NCBI GenBank assembly: GCA_965223545.1
Contig: OZ245006.1
Span: forward strand, 4,288,001 to 4,352,000
DNA from: Planctomycetota bacterium
Lineage (GTDB): Bacteria > Planctomycetota > UBA1135 > UBA2386
Direction: 5' to 3'
DNA length: 64,000 nt
In this document: in pieces, positions 49,036 through 58,689 of the stretch
Layout: each line of letters starts with the position of its first letter
Numbering within the stretch: the first letter of the stretch is position 1
Made by a program: the position numbers and the translations under genes
Notes under the pieces: model-generated
Database searches by the model: none
What the model was told of the DNA's origin: nothing
The model's input: the letters and a program-made list of their open reading frames with translations, nothing else

Positions 49036-49908
49036 CTACAGTCCGCGCAACCAGTCCGGCCGCAGCGGCACTTCGCCAGCCAGCGCCGCATCGATCGCGC
49101 CGACGATCTTGGCCCGGTCGCGGGGTAGGCGGCCGCCGAGCGGCAGGTAGTTGGAGGCGTGGTTGGTGCGGAACAGCGCGTCCGACGGGGTGGCGCGGGC
49201 GACGAACTCCCGCAGCTCGCGCAGGAGCTGGTCGGCGGGCGGCACCGAGAAGCGGCCGCGCTGCTCCAGCGTCGCGATCGGGGTGCCGGGCACCACGGTC
49301 AGCGTCAGGGCGGCGAGAAACTCGGGGTCCATCGCCGTCGCCAGCGTCGCGGAGGCCATGGCGTGTTCCTCGGAGCGCTCGAGCCCGCCCGCGCCGAGCA
49401 GGAAGATCGCCGAGAGTCGCATTCCCGCCGCGTGCGCGGCATGCGCCGCGTCGATGTGCTGTTGCGGCGAGCTGCCCTTGGCGATCCGGCGCATGACCTC
49501 GGCGTCGCCGGTCTCCGGCCCGATGTAGAGCAGGCTGAGGCCGGCCGCTCGCAGCTGCTCGAGCTCAACGGCGGTCTTGCCGGTGATGTTGGTGGCCATC
49601 GCGTAGCAGCTCACCTGGCGCAACGCCGGAAACACGGCGTGGCAGCGTTCGAGCAGGCGCAGCCAGAGATCGGCACTCATGACCAGCGCATCGCCATCGG
49701 CGACGAACACCTTGGTCACCGACGGGCCGAGCTCTTCTCGCGCCATCTCCAAGTCCTGCTCGATCTCCTCCCAAGGCCGCACCGCGAACTCCTTGTCGCG
49801 GTACATGTCGCAGTAGGTGCACTTGTTCCAGGAGCAGCCCAGCGTGGCCTGCAGGATGTACGAGTGCGCCTCGCTCGGCGGCCGGTAGAGGCGACCCTGA
49901 TAGCGCAT
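49036..49908 (-). CDS. Radical SAM protein of unknown function
   Basis: YRPPSEA...GCSWNKCTYCDMY...FRTNHASNY. Confidence 0.9.
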   Translation of the reverse strand: MRYQGRLYRPPSEAHSYILQATLGCSWNKCTYCDMYRDKEFAVRPWEEIEQDLEMAREELGPSVTKVFVADGDALVMSADLWLRLLERCHAVFPALRQVSCYAMATNITGKTAVELEQLRAAGLSLLYIGPETGDAEVMRRIAKGSSPQQHIDAAHAAHAAGMRLSAIFLLGAGGLERSEEHAMASATLATAMDPEFLAALTLTVVPGTPIATLEQRGRFSVPPADQLLRELREFVARATPSDALFRTNHASNYLPLGGRLPRDRAKIVGAIDAALAGEVPLRPDWLRGL

Positions 49909-49913
49909 GCCGG

Positions 49914-50993
49914 TCAGTCGCCGAAGCTGATGCCGAGGTCGCGCGCCGTCAGCACGGCGTCGCTGTCGAGGGGAACCGCCTTGCGGTTGGCGATCGCGTC
50001 CTCGAGCGGCACCGCGCGGATCACCGGCGGGGTGAGGGCGACCATCGTGCCGAACCTCTCCTCCGCGATCAGGCGCACGGCGGCCGCACCGAAGCGCAGG
50101 GCCAAGATCCGGTCGAAGGCGGTGGGCCGGCCGCCGCGCTGCAGATGGCCGAGGACCAGCGATCGCGTCTCCTTGCCGGTGCGTTGTTGGATCTGCGCGG
50201 CGACCAGCTCGGCGATGCCGCCCAGCCGGACCTCGCGCCCGACCTGAGCGGGACCGCGCACGGTCTCGGTGCCGCCGACCGGAATGGCACCCTCGGCGGC
50301 GACCACCAGCGCGAAGCGACGCCCGCGCGACTCGCGCAGTCGGATCTTGTCGCAAACCCGGTCGATGTCGAACGGGATCTCGGGCAGCAGGATCGCGTCG
50401 GCGCTGCCCGCGACGCCGGCGTGCAGGGCGATCCAGCCGGCGTGCCGGCCCATGACCTCGACGACGAACACGCGCTCGTGGGCTTCGGCGGTGCTGTGCA
50501 GCCGGTCGAGTGCATCGGTGGCGACCGAGACCGCGGTGTCGAAGCCGAAGGTGATCACCGTCGAGGCCAGGTCGTTGTCGATGGTCTTGGGCACGCCGAC
50601 CACGCGCATGCCCTTGCGCGCCAAGTCGTGCGCGATGCGCATCGAACCATCGCCACCGATGGCGATCATCGCGTCGATCTCCAGCTCACGCAGGCTCTGG
50701 ATGACCTCGTCCGAGCGGTCGCGCGTGGTCTCGGTGCCGTCGGCCTGCACGTGGGGGTAGCGGAACGGGTCGCCGCGATTGGTCGTGCCGAGGATCGTGC
50801 CGCCGAGGTGCGTGATGCCGCGCACCGACTCGCGGTCGAGGTCGAGCAGGTCGCGGGGGTGCAGTAGGCCGGTGTAGCTGCGCCGCACCCCGACCACCTC
50901 GTAGCCGCGCTCGAGCGCGGCGAGTACCGCGGCGCGCACCACGGCGTTCAGGCCGGGTGCGTCGCCACCGCCGGTGTTGATCGCGATCCGCAT
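49914..50993 (-). CDS. pfkA: 6-phosphofructokinase
   Basis: TGGGDAPGLN, GGDGS, PKTIDND, EVMGR, LGHLQRGG. Confidence 0.96.
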   Translation of the reverse strand: MRIAINTGGGDAPGLNAVVRAAVLAALERGYEVVGVRRSYTGLLHPRDLLDLDRESVRGITHLGGTILGTTNRGDPFRYPHVQADGTETTRDRSDEVIQSLRELEIDAMIAIGGDGSMRIAHDLARKGMRVVGVPKTIDNDLASTVITFGFDTAVSVATDALDRLHSTAEAHERVFVVEVMGRHAGWIALHAGVAGSADAILLPEIPFDIDRVCDKIRLRESRGRRFALVVAAEGAIPVGGTETVRGPAQVGREVRLGGIAELVAAQIQQRTGKETRSLVLGHLQRGGRPTAFDRILALRFGAAAVRLIAEERFGTMVALTPPVIRAVPLEDAIANRKAVPLDSDAVLTARDLGISFGD

Positions 50994-51043
50994 GCCGAGC
51001 AGTAGACCGCGGCTCCGAGCGCGGGGCGAGCCGCCAGCGGTCG

Positions 51044-53809
51044 TTATTGGCGAATCGCGATCGCCAGCCCGTTGGAGGCGGCGATGCCGAGCGGGCTGCA
51101 CGCGGCGCCGGTCGCCGACTGCGCGTACAGCGTCGCGCCGATCAGCGCCGGCTGGGCGGGAATCGGCAACTCGGTGAGCGCGAGACCGCTGGAGTCGGCT
51201 TGCCAGGGCAGGCTGGCGGCGCCGGTGGGCGAAACCAAGACGGTGATGCCGGCGACGGGCACCGCGGCCTGCTGATTGCCGAGCAACAACAGACCGGCTG
51301 CTCCTGGTGTCGCGTTGCTGGTGCGGAGCGCGAACAGCGCGTTGCCGACCGAAGGCTCCGAGTTGGCGTCCAGCGCGAGCGCGGGCGCGCAGGCAGGGGT
51401 CGCACTGCCGTACGGCGTCGCGGCCTCGTCTCCGTCGCCGTTGCCGTCGAGGTCGCGGTCGATGCCGATGCGCCGTCCCGAGCCGACCGGCACGCCGGTG
51501 AAGGTCATCGTGCCGCTGTTGCTGACCAGGTCGGCGAGCAGCTCGGCGCGCGTGCGGTTGCCGATCGCGGCGAGGTCGGGCTGATACGCACCGTTGTCGT
51601 ACCAGAAGCCGCGGGCGGCGCCGCCGTACTCTCCCTTGGCGACGAGATCGCAGTTGGCTTGGTCGGCCTGTTGCTCCAGCAAGTTGATCGTCGCCAGCAC
51701 GCTCGGCGCCCCGGCCGTCGCGGCATCCACGGTCACCGAGAAGCCGACGATGGGAGCGATGCCGGTGTCCAGCTCGACCATCAGGTTCTCGAGCATCTGC
51801 TTGTTGTTGGCCTGCTGTGACAAGCTTTGGAACACCGGCTTGCTCAGCAAGTCGAATACGTCGTTGACCGAGCCGTCGTGCAGCAAGCCGAAGCCCGATG
51901 TGCTGACGCCTCCCACCGGCGTCCGGCCCTGTCGCTTGTAGATATTGCGGAGCTGCGGGACCTTGAAGTGCTGCGGCTCCTGTAGCACGAAGGCGGGGAT
52001 GATGATGCCGTTGGTGCCGGTCGGCAGCGAGTGGCAGAACACGCAGGTGAAGTTGTTGGCAAAGACCGTGTTCTGGAAGAACAGCAGTCCTTCCGCTGCG
52101 CTCGTGCCGGCAGGTGTCGTGCTGTAGGTCCGATCGATGTTCTGGTTCGGGTTTGGCGGGAACGCCAAGGTCTCCATGAACGCGGCGTAGTCGTCCATGT
52201 CCGCGCCGCTGATCTCGGCTCCGCCCATGGTTTCGTCGAAGGCCGAGTTGAAGTCGACGAGGGTGGCTTTGTCACCGCGCCAGTGGAACGGCTGCGTGTC
52301 GGATGTGAGACCGCGCAGGGTCTGGGTGGTCATCGGCCCCTTCATCGGGTGCATGCGCAGCGTCAGCAGGCCGCCGGTGGTCACGCTCACCATCTGGCCA
52401 CCGGGGTCGCCGAGGTCCCAGGCGAGACCGTCGATCTCGCCGTCGACGTGGCATGCCGCGCAAGAGGCCGTGCCGTTGCCGGACAGCTTGGCGTCGTAGA
52501 GGAAACCGCGGCCGTTCCGCACCACCGCCGGCGTCGGGTCGTAGCCGATGGGCATTTCGCCCAGCACCGCATCACTCGTGGTGTCGATCACTGCCAAGCT
52601 CATCGCGAGTCGGTTGAGCACGTACAGACGCGGCTGGCTGGGATGCAGGGCGAGGCCACGCGGCCCGCGCTTGTTGCGCGGATCGGCGGTCGCGCCGGCG
52701 GCGCCGAGCTCGATCATCGCGCTGCGGTTGCCGGCGGTGTCGAGAACCGCGACTCGGTCGGTGCCGAAGGCCGCGACGTAGAGCCGGTTGCCATCGGCCG
52801 ACCACACCAGGTCGGTGGGCTGCGCGAGTGCGGTCGCGGTCGCGCCCGGGTTTGGTAGCACCGAGTAGTCGATGCCCGGGTTCAGGTCGAAGTGGGTCGT
52901 TTGCCCGCTGCCGGGGACGATCTTGGTCACGCGGTGATCGACGACGTGGCCGCGCAGGTTGGGCGCGAACCGCACCATGTTGAGCGACTCGTTGTTGGCG
53001 ACCCAGAGCTCGCCGGTGGTCGGGTGCGGGGCGATGCCGAACAGGTGCGTGCCGACCGAGGTGTAGCGCGAGGTCACCGCGAGCCCGGCGACATCGATCT
53101 CGAAGACGTCGTAGTCGGGGAGGGTGATGCCGTGCGCAGCGGTCCACTGCGGGTCGTTGGCGTCGACGATCAAGCCCTGCGCCGGGGCGGAGGGCAGCGA
53201 CGGGTTGGTCGGCAGCGGTGGGGGCGGCGCCTGGTCTTCCGGCACGATCGTCGTCCGATTGCCCGAGCGGTGGACGGCGACCCACACCGTGCTGCCGTCC
53301 GCGCTGCGCGCCAGAGCTCGCGGCTCCTCGCCGAAGATCGGGATCTCGGCCAGTTGGGTGTGGGTGATGGGGTCGAACACGCGCACCACGCGCGAACCGG
53401 AGATGCTGACCATCGCGACTTGCGGAGAACCGGCAAACACGACATCGGCTGGTTCGTCCTTGGCGAACACGGTCGCGATCACCGCGCCGCGGCTCAGCGA
53501 GACCACGCTGATCGAGTCCGACAGCCGATTGGTCACCCACACTTCGTCGCTGGTGCGCGGCGTCACCGAAACCGGTTCCAAGCCGACCGGGATCTCGTCG
53601 ATCAGCACGGGCCGCGAAACGTTCTGCAGCGAGAACACTGCCAGCCGGTTGTCCGGTGTGTTCACGGCGAACAGTCGCGTGCCGTCCGCCGACACCGCCA
53701 CCGGTCGCGTCTGCGGGCTCTCGAAGTTGACGAAGGGCGTCGGTTGGAGTTGGGCGGATGCCAGGGGTGTCAGCCCGATGAGGGCCGCGGTCGCGAGCGT
53801 CTTTTGCAT
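51044..53809 (-). CDS. Secreted YncE-like beta-propeller + di-heme cytochrome c (bCcP/MauG-like) + shared C-terminal domain
   Basis: Signal peptide, propeller repeats, CAACH and CVFCH heme motifs, FHWRGD, FKVPQLRN...LHDGS. Confidence 0.85.
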   Translation of the reverse strand: MQKTLATAALIGLTPLASAQLQPTPFVNFESPQTRPVAVSADGTRLFAVNTPDNRLAVFSLQNVSRPVLIDEIPVGLEPVSVTPRTSDEVWVTNRLSDSISVVSLSRGAVIATVFAKDEPADVVFAGSPQVAMVSISGSRVVRVFDPITHTQLAEIPIFGEEPRALARSADGSTVWVAVHRSGNRTTIVPEDQAPPPPLPTNPSLPSAPAQGLIVDANDPQWTAAHGITLPDYDVFEIDVAGLAVTSRYTSVGTHLFGIAPHPTTGELWVANNESLNMVRFAPNLRGHVVDHRVTKIVPGSGQTTHFDLNPGIDYSVLPNPGATATALAQPTDLVWSADGNRLYVAAFGTDRVAVLDTAGNRSAMIELGAAGATADPRNKRGPRGLALHPSQPRLYVLNRLAMSLAVIDTTSDAVLGEMPIGYDPTPAVVRNGRGFLYDAKLSGNGTASCAACHVDGEIDGLAWDLGDPGGQMVSVTTGGLLTLRMHPMKGPMTTQTLRGLTSDTQPFHWRGDKATLVDFNSAFDETMGGAEISGADMDDYAAFMETLAFPPNPNQNIDRTYSTTPAGTSAAEGLLFFQNTVFANNFTCVFCHSLPTGTNGIIIPAFVLQEPQHFKVPQLRNIYKRQGRTPVGGVSTSGFGLLHDGSVNDVFDLLSKPVFQSLSQQANNKQMLENLMVELDTGIAPIVGFSVTVDAATAGAPSVLATINLLEQQADQANCDLVAKGEYGGAARGFWYDNGAYQPDLAAIGNRTRAELLADLVSNSGTMTFTGVPVGSGRRIGIDRDLDGNGDGDEAATPYGSATPACAPALALDANSEPSVGNALFALRTSNATPGAAGLLLLGNQQAAVPVAGITVLVSPTGAASLPWQADSSGLALTELPIPAQPALIGATLYAQSATGAACSPLGIAASNGLAIAIRQ

Positions 53810-53887
53810 GGCTGCTCTCTCGGGTGCGAAAGCGTGGCCCGCGGATGCAGGGCCGCGCTGATCATAGCCCGCATCCGCCGCCGCGGG

Positions 53888-55612
53888 TCACATGCGGTTG
53901 CGCAGCAGCAGCTCGAGGGCGCGTGCGCTGTTGCGCGAGATCGGACCACCCACTTCCGGGTCGTTCGGCGGTCGGTCCAGCGACAGCAGGTGCTGGATCA
54001 CGTGCGAGGCCGCCTGACGGCCGCGCTCTGGAAACTCCGGTTCCGACAGAGTGGACACCAGGGCGTTGGCGACGGTCAGGCTCTTGGTGCGCAAAAGTGC
54101 CTTGACCAGATCGTCGGCGACGGGCTCCCGGCGCAGCTCGCGCAGGATCTCGGCGACCGCTTCGCGTTCGACCATGTCCAGGTAGCGCGTGTCGACCTTG
54201 CCGCGCATCGCCCGCACGATGTCCGAGACCTGGTCGAGATTGCGGCGGTACTCGGTGCCGAACGCCAGCGACAACACCTGCTGCAGGATCTTGTGTTCGT
54301 CCTCGAACCCCAGGCACCGCCCCTGGCCTGCTCCGGCGATGTCCTCGAACGAGCGCCGGGCCTCGGCATTGAGATGCTGCCGGCCGCGCACCGAGGTGAC
54401 GATCGCGTGCACTTGGCTCCGGCCGTCGGAGGAGAACGTGCGCAGCAGCCGATCGAGCTTGTCTTTGTCGTGCTCGTGCGCGGGCGCGTCGCCGATCAAA
54501 ACGACGACGCGGCGCGCGCGGACTTGCCACGGCTGTTGCATCGCGGCGCGAATGCCCTGCAATACCGCCTCGGGTTGATCGCCACCGCCGTCGGCCTCGA
54601 TGACCTGCATGAAGTTGATCGTCCGGTAGACGTCGTCACTGAGCGGTACGGCCCGCGTCAAGTACTCCTCCTCGGGATCGACGTCGCGGTAGGTGACCGC
54701 CCCCATGCGCGCGGCGGGCACCAGCGCGTGCAGGACCTCGACCATGTGCGCGATGCGGTCCTTGGTCGCCCGCAGCACGCTGCTCATGGAGCCGGTGCTG
54801 TCGAACACGAACATGATCTCCAGTCCCGAGCGCCGCATCTCGGTGACCTTGCTCTTGAAGCCGCCGCCGCCGACGCCGGCGCGGCCGAGGATCCCGTTCG
54901 CAGAGCCGGTGACGCGCTCGCCCCAGTGGGCTCCGCCGTTCTCCGTCACCGGGCGTTGTTCGGCAGTCGGCCCGGTGTCGGCGGCCGGCTCCGGCTCATC
55001 GATCTGGTTCTCGCCGAGATCGTCGCGCAGCTCGATCTCCGGCGGATGCTCCTCGCGCAGCTGCAGGTCGTTGGGGGCGAAGTCTTCCTCGGGCAGATCG
55101 GTGTCGGGCAGCTCGTCGGCGCGGCCGATCGGGATCACGTCGGCGACCTTCTCTACTGGCGTCACCAGCAGGTGATGCAGCAAGAAGAGGAGAACGGCGT
55201 GGATCAGCAGAGAGAGGGAGAACCAGGGCGCCCGGCGGAGCTCCTCCGCCATGATGTCGGTGAACGGCGCGTGCTGGCGGTGCCGGAGGGCGTGGCCGCC
55301 GCGGCGCAGACCCAGCGCGGGCGCTCCCCGGGCCAGGGTGAACTCGAGGTCGCCGATCTGCAGCGTGCTGCCGACGCGGAGTGTGTGCTGTTCGACGCGG
55401 GCACCGTCGACCAGAGTGCCGGCTTCGGTCTGCAGGTCGGTCAGCTCGACGCCGTCGTCGACGACGCGCAGCTCGCAGTGCCGGTCGCCGACCGAGGGGT
55501 GGCTGACCCGCAGCGCGCACGCCGGGTCGCGGCCAACCGTATAGGTGACCCCGCGGCGCAGCCCGAACCGCGTGTCGCCCAGCACCAGCACGAACGTCGA
55601 GGCGGGATTCAT
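53888..55612 (-). CDS. FHA-TM-vWA domain protein
   Basis: FHA-like VGRD...RHC...GTLVDG, TM WFSLSLLIHAVLLFLL, vWA FDSTGSMS...GGGDQPE...IGDAPAH. Confidence 0.85.
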   Translation of the reverse strand: MNPASTFVLVLGDTRFGLRRGVTYTVGRDPACALRVSHPSVGDRHCELRVVDDGVELTDLQTEAGTLVDGARVEQHTLRVGSTLQIGDLEFTLARGAPALGLRRGGHALRHRQHAPFTDIMAEELRRAPWFSLSLLIHAVLLFLLHHLLVTPVEKVADVIPIGRADELPDTDLPEEDFAPNDLQLREEHPPEIELRDDLGENQIDEPEPAADTGPTAEQRPVTENGGAHWGERVTGSANGILGRAGVGGGGFKSKVTEMRRSGLEIMFVFDSTGSMSSVLRATKDRIAHMVEVLHALVPAARMGAVTYRDVDPEEEYLTRAVPLSDDVYRTINFMQVIEADGGGDQPEAVLQGIRAAMQQPWQVRARRVVVLIGDAPAHEHDKDKLDRLLRTFSSDGRSQVHAIVTSVRGRQHLNAEARRSFEDIAGAGQGRCLGFEDEHKILQQVLSLAFGTEYRRNLDQVSDIVRAMRGKVDTRYLDMVEREAVAEILRELRREPVADDLVKALLRTKSLTVANALVSTLSEPEFPERGRQAASHVIQHLLSLDRPPNDPEVGGPISRNSARALELLLRNRM

Positions 55613-55876
55613 GCGGAGTCGGGCTTCCTGCGGAGGGGCCAGGTGAGCCCGAGCGAGGATCGGATCGCGGCGCGCACGGCCAGCCAGTCTAGTGGGTTCT
55701 GCCGATCGGGTAACCGTGCTCCGGCCCGGCTTCTGTCGCGTGGGCTGTTTTCCGGGCCGCGGGGTCCGCGTCGTCTGTTGCGCTCGGCCGAGCCGCTGGC
55801 CAACATGAGCGCGCGCCCCAACCGCGTGTCCCGGGGCGCGTTGCTTCGTTTGGCTCCACGGCTCGAGGGCGGCGTC

Positions 55877-56452
55877 TTGCTCAAGGTGATCGCAGGTGAT
55901 TTTGGTGGTCGGGTGCTCAAGACGGCGCGCGGCCGGCTGACCCGACCGCTGCGCGCCCCGGTGCGCGAGGCGTTGTTCAACGTGCTGGGCGATGCCGTGG
56001 TCGATGCCGAGGTCTGGGATCTCTTCGCCGGCACCGGGGGCTCGGGCATCGAGGCCCTGTCGCGGGGGGCGCGGCGCGTCAGTTTCCTCGAGAAGAGCAA
56101 CCAGGCGCTGGTGGTGCTGCGCGACAACCTCGAGCAACTGGCCCTCGACGACGGCGACCGCGCGCGGGTGTTCAAGGCGGACGCTTGGCTGGCCGACGTC
56201 CCAGAGCTCGTCGAGCCGCCCGATTTGATCCTGTTCGACCCGCCCTACGCCGCCGTTGCCGAGGACCCCTCGCTCGCAGTGCACCGCGCCACCGCACTCG
56301 CCGAGCGGATGACCGATGACGGGCTCTTGTGCTTCCACTTCGAGGAGGGCCTCCTCGATGTCGACGATTTCGACGAGGACTTGGACGTCGACCTCCGCCG
56401 CTGGGGGCGGACCGCGATGGCGATCCTCAGGCGGCCCGTAGCCGGCTCCTAG
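55877..56452 (+). CDS. rsmD: 16S rRNA m2G966 methyltransferase
   Basis: IAGDFGGR, VREALFN, DLFAGTG, IEALSRGA, DPPY. Start approximate. Confidence 0.92.
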   Translation: MLKVIAGDFGGRVLKTARGRLTRPLRAPVREALFNVLGDAVVDAEVWDLFAGTGGSGIEALSRGARRVSFLEKSNQALVVLRDNLEQLALDDGDRARVFKADAWLADVPELVEPPDLILFDPPYAAVAEDPSLAVHRATALAERMTDDGLLCFHFEEGLLDVDDFDEDLDVDLRRWGRTAMAILRRPVAGS

Positions 56453-56481
56453 GGCGTTCCGCGGCGCTTTGCCGCGCGAGG

Positions 56482-56510
56482 TCAAGCCGGCCGACGCCGA
56501 CTGCCGATAT
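56482..56510 (+). promoter_or_regulatory. Sigma28-like promoter
   Basis: TCAAG-N16-GCCGATAT. The -10 box matches the SigD/FliA consensus; the spacer is slightly long. Confidence 0.45.
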
Positions 56511-56578
56511 CCAGCACGGGAGTGGGGAGCGCTTTGCGTGAGCCCCGCTCTCGAGCCACGCAACAGGGAAGAAGCACC

Positions 56579-56752
56579 ATGACCACCTCAGATTCTCGGG
56601 TGGATCGGATCGTCGACGAGTTGATGGAAAGATCTCTCAGCAAGGAAGAGCGCATCGCTCTTCTGCGCGAGCTGGTCGAACACGGAGACGATGTACCCGA
56701 CGAGATCCTCGAAGTGGCGCTGCGGCGGCTGATGCAACGTCTGACCGACTAG
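56579..56752 (+). CDS. Small FlgM-like anti-sigma28 candidate
   Basis: 57 aa; KEERIALLRELVEHGDDVPDEILEVALRRLM resembles the FlgM C-terminal helices. Confidence 0.5.
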   Translation: MTTSDSRVDRIVDELMERSLSKEERIALLRELVEHGDDVPDEILEVALRRLMQRLTD

Positions 56753-56796
56753 GGCTGAGGCGAACACGAGGCCTCGGAGCAAGGGGTAAAGCAGTC

Positions 56797-57618
56797 ATGA
56801 ACAACCTGGCGACCAAGGTGGCGATGCTCGCGGTGTTGGGCACGCCGTGCTGGGCGAACGGCGACGACGAGAAGCTCGCGCCGGTCGTCAAAACCACACT
56901 CACGGAGATTCGGCAAGCGCCCGAGTCGTTCAAGGGTGTCCACGTCGAGCTGGTTCTGCAGTTCGCCTCCATCGGGCGCATCCAGAACCCGTTCTTCACG
57001 CGGTTCATCGCCAGCGACTTCACCAACTTCCACGCTTGGGCCGACGAGCAGCCGATCTGGCAGCGCGAGAACTACGACGACGTGTTCGGCCTGCTGTTCA
57101 TCTCGAAGGACAACGCCGAGCTGCAGGACGTGTTCCAGCTGCGCACCTACGACCGGCTGCAAGTGCGCGCCGTGGTGCGCAACACGTTCCAGGGCCAGCC
57201 GTGGATCGAGGTGATGAGCTTGGCGTCGTTGGACGGCAAGGTCGACAGCGCGACTCTGTCGCACATGTATCGCGGCGAGGAGCACATGAAGCGGCGGCAG
57301 TGGAGCCGGGCGATCTCCGAGCTGTCGTTGGCCCCGCTGGGAGAGGCGCCGAACCACGTCCGCGCCAACGTGCACAAGAGCATCGGCGTGTGCTACCTGC
57401 GCATGGGCGAAGCCGCGCCGGCGGCGGACCACCTGGCGCAGGCCAACACCCTGCAGCAGGGCGCGGATGACGAAGTGCAGCGGCTGCTGCAGACCGCGGT
57501 GGTCTCGCCCGAGCTCGGGCTGGACCGCGCCGTCGACGCGCAGAAGGTGCCGGACTACGCCCGGCCGATGTGGGAGGCGTTCGAGGACGCCAGCGCGGCG
57601 CCGCCGACCGCGCGGTAG
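56797..57618 (+). CDS. Secreted protein, OB-fold-like domain + TPR
   Basis: Signal peptide, LTEIRQAPESFKG...LQVRAVV beta domain, TPR (KSIGVCYLRMGE). Confidence 0.7.
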   Translation: MNNLATKVAMLAVLGTPCWANGDDEKLAPVVKTTLTEIRQAPESFKGVHVELVLQFASIGRIQNPFFTRFIASDFTNFHAWADEQPIWQRENYDDVFGLLFISKDNAELQDVFQLRTYDRLQVRAVVRNTFQGQPWIEVMSLASLDGKVDSATLSHMYRGEEHMKRRQWSRAISELSLAPLGEAPNHVRANVHKSIGVCYLRMGEAAPAADHLAQANTLQQGADDEVQRLLQTAVVSPELGLDRAVDAQKVPDYARPMWEAFEDASAAPPTAR

Positions 57619-57765
57619 CGGAAGCACCCCAGGCGCGCGCGGGGACGCGCGCCAGCGGCCGGAGCGGCGGGTTTTGCCGGCCGCTTCGAAACTCGGGGCT
57701 CGCCCCGGGGTTGCGAGGCTCTATTTTGCGCGGTGCCGCCCACCGGCCCGACCGCGCGCCCCGCA

Positions 57766-58689
57766 ATGAACCTCCCCACCAGCGCCATCGCCGATCCAGC
57801 CCCGACGTCCAGCCACGCCGTCGCCGGGGTTGGGCTCTACCGCTACGCCGTCGGCGTGGTGGTCGCGGTGTTCCTGCTGATCAAGGTGGGGGCGATGGTG
57901 ACCAGCACCGGATCGGGGTTGGCGTTCGAGGACTGGCCCCTGTCGGACGGCTCGTGGTGGCCGCCCGACATGCGTCTCGATCAGCTGCTCGAGCACGGGC
58001 ACCGTGCCGTCGGCATGGCGATCGGCCTGCTGACGCTGGTGCTGACCATTTGGATCGGCGTCGTCGAGCGCCGCCAGTGGTTGCGTTCCCTCTCGATCGG
58101 GTTGCTCGGGTTGGTGTGCCTGCAGGGCTACATTGGCGGCAAGGGCGTGCTCTTGGGGCTGCCGGCCGTCACCTCGGTGACGCACGGTGTTCTGGCGCAG
58201 GTCATTCTCTGTCTGCTGGCGCTGGTTGCGTTCGCGCTGTCGCCGGCCTGGGCGTCCCGGCACCCGGCCGCTGCGCACGAAGTCGCGACCGCGCGCAACC
58301 TGTCCGCATTCGCGCTGATGCTGGTGTTCGTGCAGCTGGTCGCCGGCGCGATCCTGCGCCACACCAACGCGCAGGGCATGTTGTGGTTGCACATCTTCAA
58401 CGCGGTCGTGGTCGCTCTGACGATCGCCATTGCGGCGATGTACTGCGGCACGCGGTTCGGTGACCGCGGCTTTCGGGGCACGACGCGATGGGTGCTCGTG
58501 CTGCTGTTGGTGCAGCTGGTGTTGGGGTTCGTGGCGTTGCTCGTGCGTCGGGTGAAGGACCCCTCCAACATCGAGTACTTGGGCCGCAGTGTCCTGGTGA
58601 CGGCGCACGTCGTGGTCGGCGCGCTGTTGTTCTTGAGCGCGGCGCTGCTTCTGTATCGGACGTGTCGCAACCTGAAGCCGATACCTTGA
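57766..58689 (+). CDS. ctaA: Heme A synthase (COX15/CtaA family)
   Basis: GAMVTSTGSGLA..DWP, EHGHR, further TM His residues; adjacent to ctaB. Confidence 0.88.
   Translation: MNLPTSAIADPAPTSSHAVAGVGLYRYAVGVVVAVFLLIKVGAMVTSTGSGLAFEDWPLSDGSWWPPDMRLDQLLEHGHRAVGMAIGLLTLVLTIWIGVVERRQWLRSLSIGLLGLVCLQGYIGGKGVLLGLPAVTSVTHGVLAQVILCLLALVAFALSPAWASRHPAAAHEVATARNLSAFALMLVFVQLVAGAILRHTNAQGMLWLHIFNAVVVALTIAIAAMYCGTRFGDRGFRGTTRWVLVLLLVQLVLGFVALLVRRVKDPSNIEYLGRSVLVTAHVVVGALLFLSAALLLYRTCRNLKPIP

Noticed and set aside
52892..56452. 1186-aa ORF suggesting a giant RsmD fusion
   Set aside because: Only the last ~190 aa are RsmD. The rest is the antisense shadow of two clear minus-strand genes.
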